In this document: one piece after another, positions 14,122 through 27,059 of the stretch
Numbering within the stretch: the stretch's first letter is position 1
How the letters are laid out: every line of letters starts with the position of its first letter
Source: Octopus bimaculoides
Lineage: Eukaryota
Reading direction: 5' to 3'
Length of the DNA: 63,066 nt
Assembly: GCF_001194135.2 (NCBI RefSeq)
Contig: NC_069006.1
Span: forward strand, 20,011,803 to 20,074,868
Position numbers and translations under genes: made by a program
Notes under the pieces: generated by a model
What the model was told of the DNA's origin: nothing
What the model saw: only the letters and a program-made list of their open reading frames with translations
Database searches by the model: none

Positions 14122-15545
14122 TCATATATATATATAAATATATGTATGTATATAGTATATGTACTCATATACCCATATGTGTGTATATTATAATATATAC
14201 CCATATAACATATATACTATGTGTGTATACAAGAGGGTGGGTGTTGAGTATTCCATATAATTTCTATTCCAGATGACTGTTGTTTCCCTGAGATTCCGGA
14301 TATTCAGTGGAAAGAAGGAAAAACAAAAAATGTAAAAAAGAAAAAAACAAAATAGCCCAATGAATGAGTCATAGATCTTTGCTCATCCACATATATCACA
14401 TACCCTTATTGTTCTTGAACTTGTTTTTTTTTTTCTTTTCTTTTTTTTTTCTTCTTTTCCACATGCCAACCCTTTAGTGTTATCTACCTACACGAATTAA
14501 AACAGCACCGCTTTAACATTATTCCCTCTTTTCACGCTCTCTCCTCCCATTTTTTTCCAATTCCACATCTCTTCCTTCTTTTTCTTCTTCTCCTCCTCCT
14601 CCTCACCACCACCACCACACCTTTTTTCTTTCCCTTTCTCAATGACTGATCTTCATTCTTCCTCTCTCTCTCACTCCCTCCCTCCCTCTCTCTCTCTCTC
14701 TCTCTCTCTTTTCTTACTCAACATTCAACGCCTTGTCGTTGTTTTTGTTATTATTTGCAAAGTGTACATGCAGTTCTCCCTCTATAAAATTCTGTTTTTC
14801 TTTTCATCATCGAATCATCATCATCATCATTTGTTATCATCATCATTATTATTATTATTATTATTATCATTATCATTACATTTGTATCTGAAATATTTCT
14901 GCTTGAACCCTTCTTCCTTCGTCCGTCCTTCAGTGGTTGGTTTCCTTCCTTACAAGCCAAGCTTCACGTTTCCACCCCGGCTTAGCTGAGGTAATTATTA
15001 TTAATAATCTAGTTTCTCTGCTGATAATGTTGGAAACTAGGTCATATCACTGGCTTTAGAAAGCGACACAGTTGGATCCACTCAGTGGCCGTCCTTCCCA
15101 AATCTTTTACATCCACATTCTAACCAACATCTACGTACATCTATAATTGCGATATATTATTATTACTATTATTATTATTATTTATACACGCAGTTCGAGT
15201 GGGGTGCTTTTCTGCCATCTATATTTACAGCTGCGAAGTTCACAAATGTGGAAAATATGAGAGAGATTTAATGTAGATATATCGTTTATATAAGGACCAA
15301 ACATAGATTTATTGATATATCAGGACAATGTTGATAACTAGATGTACTCTAGTTATCGACGCACACACACATATACACATTTGTACATATATATAGATAT
15401 ATGTGTACATTATATATACATATATATGTACACTATATATGTTCATATGTACACACAGAGATGTATGTGGAAGATGAACGTTAAACGATGATATATATAT
15501 ATATATACACACAATATAATATAATATAATTCCTTCTCTCTCTCT

Positions 15546-15580
<35 letters not shown>

Positions 15581-16117
15581 ATAATATAATATAATTCCTT
15601 CTCTCTCTCTCTTTATNNNNNNNNNNTATATATATATATATGACAATAATTGTTGTCAAGCTATGGCTACCCATCTACTTCTGACTATAATAAAAATAAT
15701 AATAATAATAACAACAATAGCAAGAATAATGTTTGGTTTATTTTATTTCCGTTGGTATGTGAAGGGTGTTTATGCGGTGACTATTATATATTGTGTGTAT
15801 GAGTGAGTGCACCATGTAAGCGTAAAGGTGCGAGTGTTTGTTTGTTTGTTCGTTGCACTGTGTTTTTAACATCGCTTCGCTTCTTCCAGGTTTGTAGTGA
15901 GTGAGTGAATGAGCGAGCGAGCGAGCGAATGGTAAGGTGTGTCTCCTGCCGACCAACTGGAAATCTTGTTTCCTACGTAAATAAGAATACATACGTAGAA
16001 CCTGCCAAGTAAAACTATAAAACTACATCGTTTCGAAGTGTTGTCAACTTTCGGCAGCAATCCTCGCATATCGCACAAATATTTTAGCAATTAGTATCAT
16101 CATCATCATCGTCAACA

Positions 16118-16163
<46 letters not shown>

Positions 16164-16273
16164 GCCGAGGTCGACTTTGTCTTTCATCCTTTCGGTGAGG
16201 TCGATTTAAAATAAGTACCNNNNNNNNNNNNNNNNNNNNNNNNNNNNNNNGGCCTTGTGCCAAAATTTGAAGC

Positions 16274-16331
<58 letters not shown>

Positions 16332-16433
16332 TCGGGGTCGATAAAATAAGTACCATTTGATCATTGGGATCGATGTAAACGACTTGCCTACCCCATCTCC
16401 CTAAATTGCTGGCCTTGTGCCAAAATTTTAAAC

Positions 16434-16476
<43 letters not shown>

Positions 16477-18405
16477 TTACTGTCCTCGATTTCGATGTCA
16501 ACTGGTTATTAAACTGTAAATAATATACCAGTAATAAACTGAGGTGTTGGATCATCGACACTTACGCCTTCCTCTCCACTCGCCTAAATTAATATTTGTG
16601 ACATGTTGATGTTAAACGAATATCACTAATACTGTTGTTGTTGTTGTTATTAGTATTGTTCATCATCATCGTCATCATCATTTTTATCATCGTCAACTAT
16701 TAAAGCGTGCTTCTGTGGTAGTGGTGGCGGTGGTGGCAGCGGCGGCAGCTTGATCTAGTTTCTGTTTCCTCGTATATATATTTATATATATCTAAATTAT
16801 TTTAGCAATCAGTATGATAATGTGTGCTGGTGTAATTAGGTCACCTTCTTTGAATCTCACTCTTCCATCCACCCCCGTAGATGTTCCGTATATTCTATAT
16901 CACCGCTTAGAACTCTTAGTGAAGTTTCGCTCCTCTATCAGAATTTCGGTTTCGAGTATCACTCACGTTCACTTTTAATTAAACAGAATTCTTGAATTTA
17001 CAACTTATGGTAAGGCTGGCAAGAAGTATTTCATAAAAATGCCGTCATCTGGTGCTTAAAATACCTTATAATTCCTTACGTCGCCTTTTATTGTTGGGAG
17101 GAATTTTTTCATTTTTTGTTGGCTCATTTAATTAATATTCAGTTTATTTATTAATTCGGTTTTCGTTCTTTTATCATCTTTCAAACTTCCCACTTGTTAT
17201 AAACCAGAAATTCCCTCCCCACAAACAAACGCTGGCTCAAAAAAAAATCTTTCTCTCAACGTTTTCCCAGTCTGCGTTACTAAACCCCCATTTTGAAAGT
17301 TAATGCGGTCATGTAAGGCAACATAGCAAGTGTACTTTCTATCGAATGGTAACAAATCGATATTTTTACTACCACCACCACTACTACTACTACTAATGCT
17401 GCTGCTGCTCATCTTCCTCCCCCGTCTCCGCTACTATTCCTGTTATTGTCACTGTTGTATTATTAATGATAGCTGCTGCATCCTTCACTTCTGTGAACGC
17501 GTGTTAGCTATAAGTACATGTCACTTTAGAAATTGTGTGTTTTTACTAAGATAATATTGACATCTTTTTTTGCCTCGCTTCATTCTCTCCTCGTCATTTT
17601 TCTTGTGGATCATTTCCCAATCGAATATCTATCTGTCAAGCAGGGGAAATAGGTTGTTTCTTTTTAAAATCTGTTTGGAATTTTCGTACAAACATTCGAG
17701 TCTTTTAGACTCTTACCTGAAATGTCATTACCAACCACCCACTGACACACTTAATTCCATGCTCGCTCCCCCACCCCACCCTGCATCCTTCTGCCATCAC
17801 TTCCCGCTACCTCCTCCTCCTCTACCACCACCACCACCACCACCAGTAGTCATATTGAATTATTGATATCTTCTTCCTCTTCTTCTAGTGTCTTCATTTA
17901 GCACAATTATTTAGGCCTACTCACTTGTTCCAGCAAACCTTCACCGCACTAGATTTCTGACAGTCGCCCACCCTCGTCCCTACATCCCCCCAATAATATC
18001 GTTTCTTGTTTTTCAGGAATTGTTGTAGTCATTGAGAACTTTGAAAATACTGAAAGTTAACCTTGAATTTTCTCCCCCCCCTCACCTTTCTTTTCTTTTC
18101 TTTTTTTCTTCCTTTTTTTTTTGTTTTTCGGATTGATTCTTCCCTTTCATTGATGCTTTGTTTCTTTCTTTGTTTCCATCACGTGAATGCTGCCTTGAGA
18201 GCCCTGCTAGTGCTGTGAGGAGACCATTCCATTGGTTTGGCTATTATTATATTATAATAATATATAGCATGTGAAAATATGGGTTCATTGTTGGAATTGT
18301 TACACATTGCAGCCACAGCAGTTTGGTACATCGGCATTCCAAATATTTTAATTTGGCTGTTTCACTAAATGTTGCTCTCTCTTTCTCCCTCCCTCCCTTT
18401 CTTTT

Positions 18406-18446
<41 letters not shown>

Positions 18447-18495
18447 TTGCATCCTCGTCTTAGGTCAGTCATCTTAAAGGAAATGAATTGTTACA

Positions 18496-18932
18496 TTAAA
18501 TCTGAGAATTGAGAAATTTTTGCGGGGAGCGTAAATGCCAAGTTGTAATTGTCCGTCCATATCTTAAATATATATCGGTCACATTAGCAAAAAGATTCCA
18601 CCTGGGGAAACGAATCCAGCTTACAGAGTCAATTGACCATGATGCCAAATTCTTGGTCACCATTCCTACNNNNNNNNNNNNNNNNNNNNNNNNNNNNNNN
18701 NNNNNNNNNNNNNNNNNNNNNNNNNNNNNNNNNNNNNNNNNNNNNNNNNNNNNNNNNNNNNNNNNNNNNNNNNNNNNNNNNNNNNNNNNNNNNNNNNNNN
18801 NNNNNNNNNNNNNNNNNNNNNNNNNNNNNNNNNNNNNNNNNNNNNNNNNNNNNNNNNNNNNNTAATTTTTATTCTTTTCATATCTAATTTATGAAATTGG
18901 CCATTTTTGTATTTTAGACATTTATCGTTTAA
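18496..18932 (-). pseudogene. Probable terminal exon, split by a gap (LNDKCLKYKNGQFHKLDMKRIKI..gap..VGMVTKNLASWSIDSVSWIRFPRWNLFANVTDIYLRYGRTITTWHLRSPQKFLNSQI*)
   Basis: CATTTCTACAG acceptor. Open frames on both sides of N run 18670-18862. TAA at 18498-18496. Confidence 0.45.
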
Positions 18933-19051
18933 CTGTAGAAATGGTGAAATGCCTAATTAAATTGAATTACAACACTTGTATTGTTCAGATCCTGCTGGGG
19001 TCAGCTATACTATACATTTTTTTCTATGTTAATAATATAAGTACCCAAGCT

Positions 19052-19430
19052 GGTGAGCTGGCAGAATTGTTAGCACACTGGGGAAAATGCTTAGTGGCAT
19101 TTCATCTGATTTTATGTTCTGAGTTCAAATTCTGCCGGGGTTGACTTTACCTTTCATCCTTTCAGGGTCAATAAAATAAGTACCAGTTGTGCACTGGGGA
19201 CGGGGATCAATGCAACTGATTTACTCCCTCCTCCGGACTTGTTGGCTTTGTGTCAAAATTTGAAAGCAATATTTATTATTTCATCGACACCGAAAGAATG
19301 AGAGGTCGACTTTGCCTTTCACCCTTTCGGGGTCAGTAAAATAAGTACCAGTTATGCACTGGGGTCGATGTAATCAATTTAACCCCTTCCCTGATATTGT
19401 TGGTCTTGTGCCAAAATTTGAAACCAATAA
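19052..19430 (+). mobile_element. SINE family A (tRNA-like head, CTTTCATCCTTTCGGGGTCGATAAAATAAGTACCAG core, (TTA)n tail): one full and one partial copy
   Basis: The same sequence recurs at about 16160-16440, 20186-20328, 29141-29340, 30055-30745, 31556-31760, 42345-42530, 54820-55020 and 61048-61240. Confidence 0.8.
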
Positions 19431-19864
19431 TATAACTACAATAGAGGTAGCTTGTCAACCAGTGACTCACACCTGGTACCTAGTGTAGTCTTCACCTGTG
19501 GCACCACAAACAGTATGTGGCGGTGGATCACCCTTTGGGCAAAGGTATTGGCAGGGTGGTTAATTCAGGTTGAGAGTAGCTGACAAATTTTAAACTGTTG
19601 GCCAAATTCTTTAGCATTCAGATTTCTTTGTCAAATATATTATATATTCACATTGCTTTGAATTGATCACACATTATCTTCTGGCTTCAAGATTTCACTG
19701 GTGTGTTTGTATATTTTTAGTATGACCTCCCTGAGGAATTAGTGGGAAAATTGTCCCTTAAATAGCTGATGTAAAAACTCTAGGCTAGTCTGTCATGTTA
19801 AGGGGTGGACAGTCAGTGTAAAGCTAAATGGACTTGACCATCATGTGATGAACCAAAAGTAGGT

Positions 19865-20135
19865 AGCCTTGTGAGTGGATTTGGTAGACGGAAACTGAAA
19901 GAAGCCCGTCATATGTGTATATGTGTGTGTCAGTGTGTGTGTCCCCTCACCATCGCTTGACAACCGATGTTGGTATGTTTACGTCCCTGTAACTTAGCAG
20001 TTTGGCAAAACAGACCGATAGAATAAGTACTAGGCTTACAAAGAATAAGTCCTGGGGTCGATTTGTTCAACTAAAGGCGGTGCTCGAGCATGACCGCAGT
20101 CAAAAGACTGAAACAATTCAAAGAGTAAAAGAGTG
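19865..20135 (+). mobile_element. SINE family B body and tail (CORE-like ACCTTGGGCAAGT head seen in other copies)
   Basis: Recurs at about 22330-22630(+), 23890-24030(-), 24480-24780(-), 25135-25450(+), 28200-28455(-), 35865-36005(-) and 41795-42185. Confidence 0.75.
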
Positions 20136-20360
20136 AAAAATAAGGCAGCCAGGTGAAATGCCTCTAAGCAATTCACTTGTACTTACATTCTGAGTTCAAA
20201 TTCCATCGAGGTCGACTTTGCCTTTCTGGGTCGATAAAATAAGTACCATTTGAGCATTGGGGCCAATGTCATCAACTTAACCATTTCCCCCGAAATTGCT
20301 GGCCTTGTGCCAAAAATTTGAAACCGATATAGATGGGAGCTGTCATACTTTGCCGTTCAC

Positions 20361-20461
20361 CTGTACTCAGTGTATCCTCTATTGTTGGTTGATATTCTTT
20401 AAAAAGTGCTGTCTTTATCTATGATGTAGAGTCTTTGTGATCTTCTAAAACAAAGGATGAA
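20361..20461 (-). pseudogene. Relic exon with one TAG (SSFVLEDHKDSTS*IKTALFKEYQPTIEDTLST)
   Basis: CCATTTTTCTAG acceptor and GTGAAC donor. Phase 2 in matches the previous exon across a 49-nt intron. Confidence 0.55.
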
Positions 20462-20510
20462 CTAGAAAAATGGAAGCACAATGGTTTAGCCAAGACAGTA
20501 AACTACTTAC

Positions 20511-20716
20511 TCATCAGTCTTGAGCTGTTGCAGGTGTTTCCTTGAATTTATAGACAGAACAATTTATTCTACATTAACACAGTTCATAAAACTCTTCAAA
20601 AGAGAAACAAGATTATATAGGAATGTTATATGCATCATAGTGTCATCTGATTCGCAGAAGCCTGCTCTCGCATTTTATGCCATAAAATTTGCTGCTAAAC
20701 ACCTGCTCTCCGAGGC
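20511..20716 (-). pseudogene. Relic exon with two TAA (ASESRCLAANFMA*NARAGFCESDDTMMHITFLYNLVSLLKSFMNCVNVE*IVLSINSRKHLQQLKTD)
   Basis: Strong GTAAGT donor at 20510. The acceptor is uncertain. Confidence 0.55.
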
Positions 20717-20865
20717 CTTTTAGGTTTTTAAAAGATTCATTTACGTGACTAATTTGATTGATTATACCCACCTCTTTAGTGGCAAATAATTATATATATA
20801 TATATATATTAAATAAATTGATATTGTTGTTGTCTTTCAGTTAGTGATATAAAATTACATATAAA

Positions 20866-20980
20866 TTAGATTGGAGCCTGGTGTTGCCATCCGGTTTCAC
20901 CAGTCCTCAGTCAAATCGTCCAACCCATGCTAGCATGGAAAGCGGACGTTAAACGATGATGATGATGATGATGATGATGA
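20866..20980 (+). mobile_element. Young 5'-truncated SINE family C copy
   Basis: Near-identical to 60439-60548, with CpGs intact. Confidence 0.8.
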
Positions 20981-21053
20981 CTAGCTAAATACATAGATAG
21001 ATAAGTCAATGTCAGATGAGTCTAATGTAAATCGGAAAAGTTGTCATTAAAAC

Positions 21054-21131
21054 CTAAAAATTTCCAGCATGACTGTATTTTGATCATGTATTTAAAATTC
21101 AATAGCACTTTTAACGTTTTGCATTAACAAT
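21054..21131 (-). pseudogene. Possible relic exon (LLMQNVKSAIEF*IHDQNTVMLEIF)
   Basis: Phase-2 entry fits the 22741 exon. Splice sites are weak. Confidence 0.3.
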
Positions 21132-21511
21132 CTTTATTTAGGTGAATAATGTAATGTTATAGCATCGGTAGAAAGAGGTTACGGTTACAATCAGGGGAGA
21201 TTACTGTTGCAACTGGAGAATAGTGAGATTATGGAGCATCCTGGACTTTAAGTCATGGTGTCAGTAGGTGCAGATTAGTGTTCAAGCATTCAGGAAACTA
21301 ATTCACATGTTTATGTGTACACTCATTACAAAGAAATGTATACACACACACACATAATATATATATATGCTCGAAATGAGTAGATTGACATCCAACTGAT
21401 GAAGGGTCCTTTCTCTGTGTTTGTTTGTCCTGTTTTCCATTTTTTTTCTTGTTGTTTACATATTTCATGTTATTTGCACCGTTGGTGACATCTTGTACCC
21501 ATATATTCATG

Positions 21512-21543
<32 letters not shown>

Positions 21544-21595
21544 TTTAATTGAACACGACACATCCATTTCCTTCAGAGATTTAACATTGTTTATA

Positions 21596-21638
<43 letters not shown>

Positions 21639-22253
21639 GCAGGTTGTCGTCGACTTAAGACCTATCCGACTTACAGCTGATTGACTTTACGGTGATTGGT
21701 GTGCCAGTTCCCAGAGCAGTAATAGTCTAGTTGAAATCTAATTAAAAAAAAAAAAGAAAATTATGTCAGCTAACAAACGATTCCTCTAGGTTTGGTTATC
21801 GATCGCCACTGTGGTCATCCCGAGTGTTGGATGAATATCCTGTCGCGGAGACATCAACGCAACCTCGTATTTGTTTATAAGACAACTGCTTGAAACTCCA
21901 CAAGTTTTGACTAACACCAGTTTAACTGTATACAGAATAGTATACAGAATGTGCCTTCACATACATACATATATATATGTTTGTATGCGCACACACTCAC
22001 ATACATATATAGTATGTAGATGGGGTTATAATCAAAGCTGTGTTCTCATGAAGTACATCTACATAATCTAATTCTCCAAAGTATATATGCAGTTCTTATA
22101 ATCCATATGGGAGTTGAAAGCACTAGAGGCTAAATACTGGAAAGTATTTATTGCAGAGCAATTATATATTAAAACAGAAACTGGAATTTTGGTGGTGTTA
22201 TTTCCAAATAGAATAAATAATACCAAAATTTTCCAGTTTTTGTTGCAATGTGC

Positions 22254-22316
<63 letters not shown>

Positions 22317-22740
22317 AGAGAGAGAGAGAGTTGTCTATGTGATTAAGAAGTTTGCTTTGCAACCCTGTGGTTTTGAGTTCAGTCCCACTGCACGGCACCT
22401 TGGGCAAGTGTCTTCTACTATATCTCTGAGCCAGCCAATGTGTTGTGAATGAATTTGATAGATGGAAACTGAAAGAAGCTCTGTAACTTAGCAGATCAGC
22501 ATAGAAACCCACTAAAATAAGTACCAGATTTTGAAAAAACAAGAAGGAAGTTCTAGGGTTGGTTTCTTTGACTAAAACCCTTCAAGACAACACCACAGCA
22601 CGGCTGCAGTCCAATGACTGACACCAGTTAAAGGTAATAGATAAAATGTATTGCTGGTCATGTCTAATTTGACTGAGTTGCCAAATGTCAAGTAATCTTT
22701 ACAGCCAAATATTTGTAAAATAGTTTAGATTATACTTAAC

Positions 22741-22866
22741 CTTTTGCCTGTCCAAAGCATTTTTATAAGCTTCTCCTAATTGTCAATGCTTGTTTTCAGA
22801 CGTTTAGTTAATCCTTGTCTCATATGTTCTGAGTAATTATAAAGCATTGCTTTGAATGGGTCCCAA
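22741..22866 (-). pseudogene. Relic exon with one TAG (WDPFKAMLYNYSEHMRQGLTKRLKTSIDN*EKLIKMLWTGK)
   Basis: Pyrimidine tract plus TAG acceptor and GTTAAG donor. 126 nt with no frameshift. Confidence 0.6.
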
Positions 22867-24308
22867 CTATATATATGTAGAAGGTTGAAAAGGAACATGA
22901 CAGACAGAAAAACGGAAAATGTCCCTTGCATTTGAAAACTATGGAAATATTTTTAAAAAAACATTTCATTTAATTTTTCCACAATTTAATTGTTTTTCAT
23001 GCTTTACTCTTAAGTTGAAAAAGTCGCAAAGACTGAAACCGGTACTAAAATGTTCTTCACGATAAAATTATTTTATCATTTTCTACCTTGTCTTATTTTG
23101 CTTATACATCTATACATCTATNNNNNNNNNNNNNNNNNNNNNNNNNNNNNNNNNNNNNNNNNNNNNNNNNNNNNNNNNNNNNNNNNNNNNNNNNNNNNNN
23201 NNNNNNNNNNNNNNNNNNNNNNNNNNNNNNNNNNNNNNNNNNNNNNNNNNNNNNNNNNNNNNNNNNNNNNNNNNNNNNNNNNNNNNNNNNNNNNNNNNNN
23301 NNNNNNNNNNNNNNNNNNNNNNNNNNNNNNNNNNNNNNNNNNNNNNNNNNNNNNNNNNNNNNNNNNNNNNNNNNNNNNNNNNNNNNNNNNNNNNNNNNNN
23401 NNNNNNNNNNNNNNNNNNNNNNNNNNNNNNNNNNNNNNNNNNNNNNNNNNNNNNNNNNNNNNNNNNNNNNNNNNNNNNNNNNNNNNNNNNNNNNNNNNNN
23501 NNNNNNNNNNNNNNNNNNNNNNNNNNNNNNNNNNNNNNNNNNNNNNNNNNNNNNNNNNNNNNNNNNNNNNNNNNNNNNNNNNNNNNNNNNNNNNNNNNNN
23601 NNNNNNNNNNNNNNNNNNNNNNNNNNNNNNNNNNNNNNNNNNNNNNNNNNNNNNNNNNNNNNNNNNNNNNNNNNNNNNNNNNNNNNNNNNNNNNNNNNNN
23701 NNNNNNNNNNNNNNNNNNNNNNNNNNNNNNNNNNNNNNNNNNNNNNNNNNNNNNNNNNNNNNNNNNNNNNNNNNNNNNNNNNNNNNNNNNNNNNNNNNNN
23801 NNNNNNNNNNNNNNNNNNNNNNNNNNNNNNNNNNNNNNNNNNNNNATATATATATATATATATATATACATATATATACATATATATATGTGATGGGCTT
23901 TCAGCTGCCAGATCCACTCAAGGCATTGGTTGACCCTGGGCAATAGTGGAAGACACTTGCCTGTGGTGCCTGGCAGGGGAACTGAATCTGCAACCATGTA
24001 GTTTGGAAGCAAACTTCTTAGCACTCAGCCAGCCATTCCTGCATGTAAATATTTATGTTATTCCACATATTTTGTGTGTAATAACCGATTCCACAACTGC
24101 TGTTACTAATATAATAATATAATAATGTACATTCCTTTCTCTAAGAGTAGTTACTCGTTTCTTATAATTAATTTATCAATTGATCTCCACGATACTGTAT
24201 CACAGTGTTTGCTAGTGGAGCCTTTATGAGATTGCTCAACCTGCTAGAAATAGCAGCCAAAATCCCCTCATCACACCCTGCTGTTTTGTATAATATAGTC
24301 CTGCATAC

Positions 24309-24410
24309 CTCAAAACTGTTGTTAAAATTTATATGCATTGAATTGGTTACAGTTCTGGTTACAGCAGTGCATAAAATATTTTAACAATTTTTTTTTTTTT
24401 TATACAATTT
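24309..24410 (-). pseudogene. Relic exon frameshifted by a 14-nt A run (RNCIKKKK/LLKYFMHCCNQNCNQFNAYKF...)
   Basis: Donor GAG|GTATGC at 24308. The poly-A expansion breaks the frame. Confidence 0.45.
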
Positions 24411-24666
24411 CTCTTAATATTTAATCACAAAAATATAAGATGTTTTGCACATTAAATAGTTATCCATTATCTTTTATCTTTTTCTTGTTTCAGTCATTAG
24501 ACTACGGCCATGCTGGGGCAATGCCTTCAACTTTTTTAGTCGAATGAATCGACCCGAATACTTATTTTTGTGTTGAGCCTTGTACCTATTTTATTGGTCG
24601 CTTTTGCTGGACTGCTAAGTCATGGGAACATAAACATACCAACAGCAGTTGTCAAGCGGTGGTGGG

Positions 24667-24702
<36 letters not shown>

Positions 24703-25589
24703 GATAGTCTTCTTACCAAATCCACTCACAAGACTTTGCTTATCCAGAGGCTGCAGCAGAAGACACTTGCCCAATTTTGTACTTGGTTTGCAAGATTCTT
24801 GATGGGGAATCGTGTGCTGGAACATATTTTCTTGTATCTTGGGAGGTCCATTATGCCAATAATAAACACACAGACTGACACACTGGTTCTGTTTCACTTC
24901 TTTATACTTTTATTTGTCAGTTGTTAACTAGTTAGCCAATTAACTAATTGATTGAGTGGTTAATCATTTCGTTAATCAATCAATCATGGAAGAAAGTTAA
25001 TTACTAACAATATATTAAAAAAATTTAATCAGTGTAAAAGGTCTAATGCTAAAGTTTGAGAGTATTGATAGATACTAATTAATACCAGAAACAGTCATTT
25101 GGAAATAAACGACAATTCTGTTAAAAAATACTAGTGGTTCAGTCCCACTGCATGGCAAGTGTCTTCTACTATAGCCCTGGGCTAACTAAAGCTTTGTGAG
25201 TGGAGTTGGTAGACAGAAACTGAAAGAAGCCCATTGTATGTGTGTGTCTGTGTTTGTACCCCCACCACTACTTGATAACCATGTTGGGTTTGCTTACGTC
25301 CCCATAATTTAGCAGTTCAACAAAAAGCGCCAATAGTATAAGTACCGGGCTTAAAAAAAAAAGAAGAAAAGTAATAATTACTGGAGTTTGAATTGTATGA
25401 CTAAACCCTTCATGTTAGTGCTCCAGCATGGCCACATTCCTGTCTGAGACAATTGGAAAATGAAAGATAATAGTTATGTATTAGCTCTGTTAATAAACTT
25501 CCAATATCTGTAACTTTTATTCTTATACTTGTTCCTCTTTGTATTCTTTGATTCATTATTCCGTATTGAAGTAACAAACATAAATCACA

Positions 25590-25670
<81 letters not shown>

Positions 25671-25674
<4 letters not shown>

Positions 25675-25823
25675 GTGCATTACTATACATAAATGCCTCA
25701 CGCTAGGAGGGACTCTTAAAGTCAAAACTACCATAATAAACACATGTAAAATGTGTTTATTATGGTAGTTTTGACTTTGAGTCCCTCCTAGCGTGGGGTG
25801 TTTATGTATAGTAATGCCCTTAA
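25671..25823. repeat. Long near-perfect palindrome (foldback or MITE-like)
   Basis: Arms of about 67-69 bp (25677-25745 and 25751-25817) with 3 mismatches and a 2-nt indel. TTAA lies at both outer ends. Confidence 0.85.
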
Positions 25824-26555
25824 TATAAATAAATACATTTAAAGGGAATAATTAATAATTTTTTCCCTTATGAGGTTTTTCACACTAACTACTTCATAAA
25901 TTCTTGTAAAGATTTTATCCTATTTTTAAATTATAAATATATATATATATATATATAACTTTATTTTTATTCTGTACTCTTCCTCTAATAAAGTACTTTC
26001 AGGTTTATCATCATCATTTTTTTGCTGTCTTTTGTTTTCTGGCAAACTCCCAAATTATTAAAGACGTTTCTTGTTCATATTTTAGCTGTTCTTTCTTTCA
26101 TGTAATCTAAATTATTATTTTCTTATCTACAGTTTTGTAAAAACAATCCCCAAAAAACAAAACAAAACAAAACAAAATCTTTGGTTTCAAATAATTTCAA
26201 AGCAGGAAGTAAAAATCTTTATTCTTATTCTGCTTCTTCTTCTTCTTCTTATTATTATTATTGAATTGTGCATATGTACGTGTGTGCGTGTGTACGTGTG
26301 GATTTGCTTTCACCTAACTCTAGAACTTGTGTTTCATCAATTTTATTTTTTGTCAAATATATCATTAATGCTATTAACTATTGGTCAAAACTAATAGGTA
26401 AGTCATTTTCAAATACTCTTGCTGGCTTGCTTTTTGCTGTCCTAAAAAGAATGTGACACTTTTGTTATGTTAAGGTTTATTATTTTTTTTGTATCAGTTT
26501 AAGAAATTTAAATTAATAAAATTCCAAAAGAAAACCTGTTCTGGTTGTAGCTTAC

Positions 26556-26768
26556 CTTTTCTCAGCGAAAACAGCTAAAACCTTCTTTGTGAAGTCCTGC
26601 TTCTTTTATTTATCTTTGCACAAGTTGTCCAAATATGTTGGAATTCTTTGGTCACTGATTACTGTAGTTAACTGGATGTATTAGATGGGTACCTTTAATC
26701 CAATCAACACTGCTATATGTGTATCACAAATATTTTAATCTTGTGTAGCAATTCTCTAGAAGTAATCT
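26556..26768 (-). pseudogene. Relic exon with several stops (...ICDTHIAVLIGLKVPI*YIQLTTVISDQRIPTYLDNLCKDK*KKQDFTKKVLAVFAEKR)
   Basis: Donor AAG|GTAAGC at 26555. The 5' boundary is approximate. Confidence 0.55.
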
Positions 26769-26980
26769 CTTTAAAGGCAATACATACATATATATATATA
26801 CACACACATACATACAAATCTATCTATCTATCTATCTGTCTATCTATATGTATACATACACACATACATTCTTAAACAGATTTATATCTACTATACATTT
26901 CCATTCAAATGCAATAAAAGCTTTTCTGTCTTGAAGTATCATTCATTGTATATATGCTTGTGTGTATGTGTGTGCACACA

Positions 26981-27059
<79 letters not shown>

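Noticed and set aside
15490-15616. Exact duplication of about 60 bp next to a gap
   Set aside because: Typical contig-end overlap artefact beside an N run.
20520-20723. Plus-strand 67-aa ORF (SCCRCFLEFIDRT...SEAF)
   Set aside because: It is the codon-for-codon antisense shadow of a relic exon that has the better splice signals and motif match.
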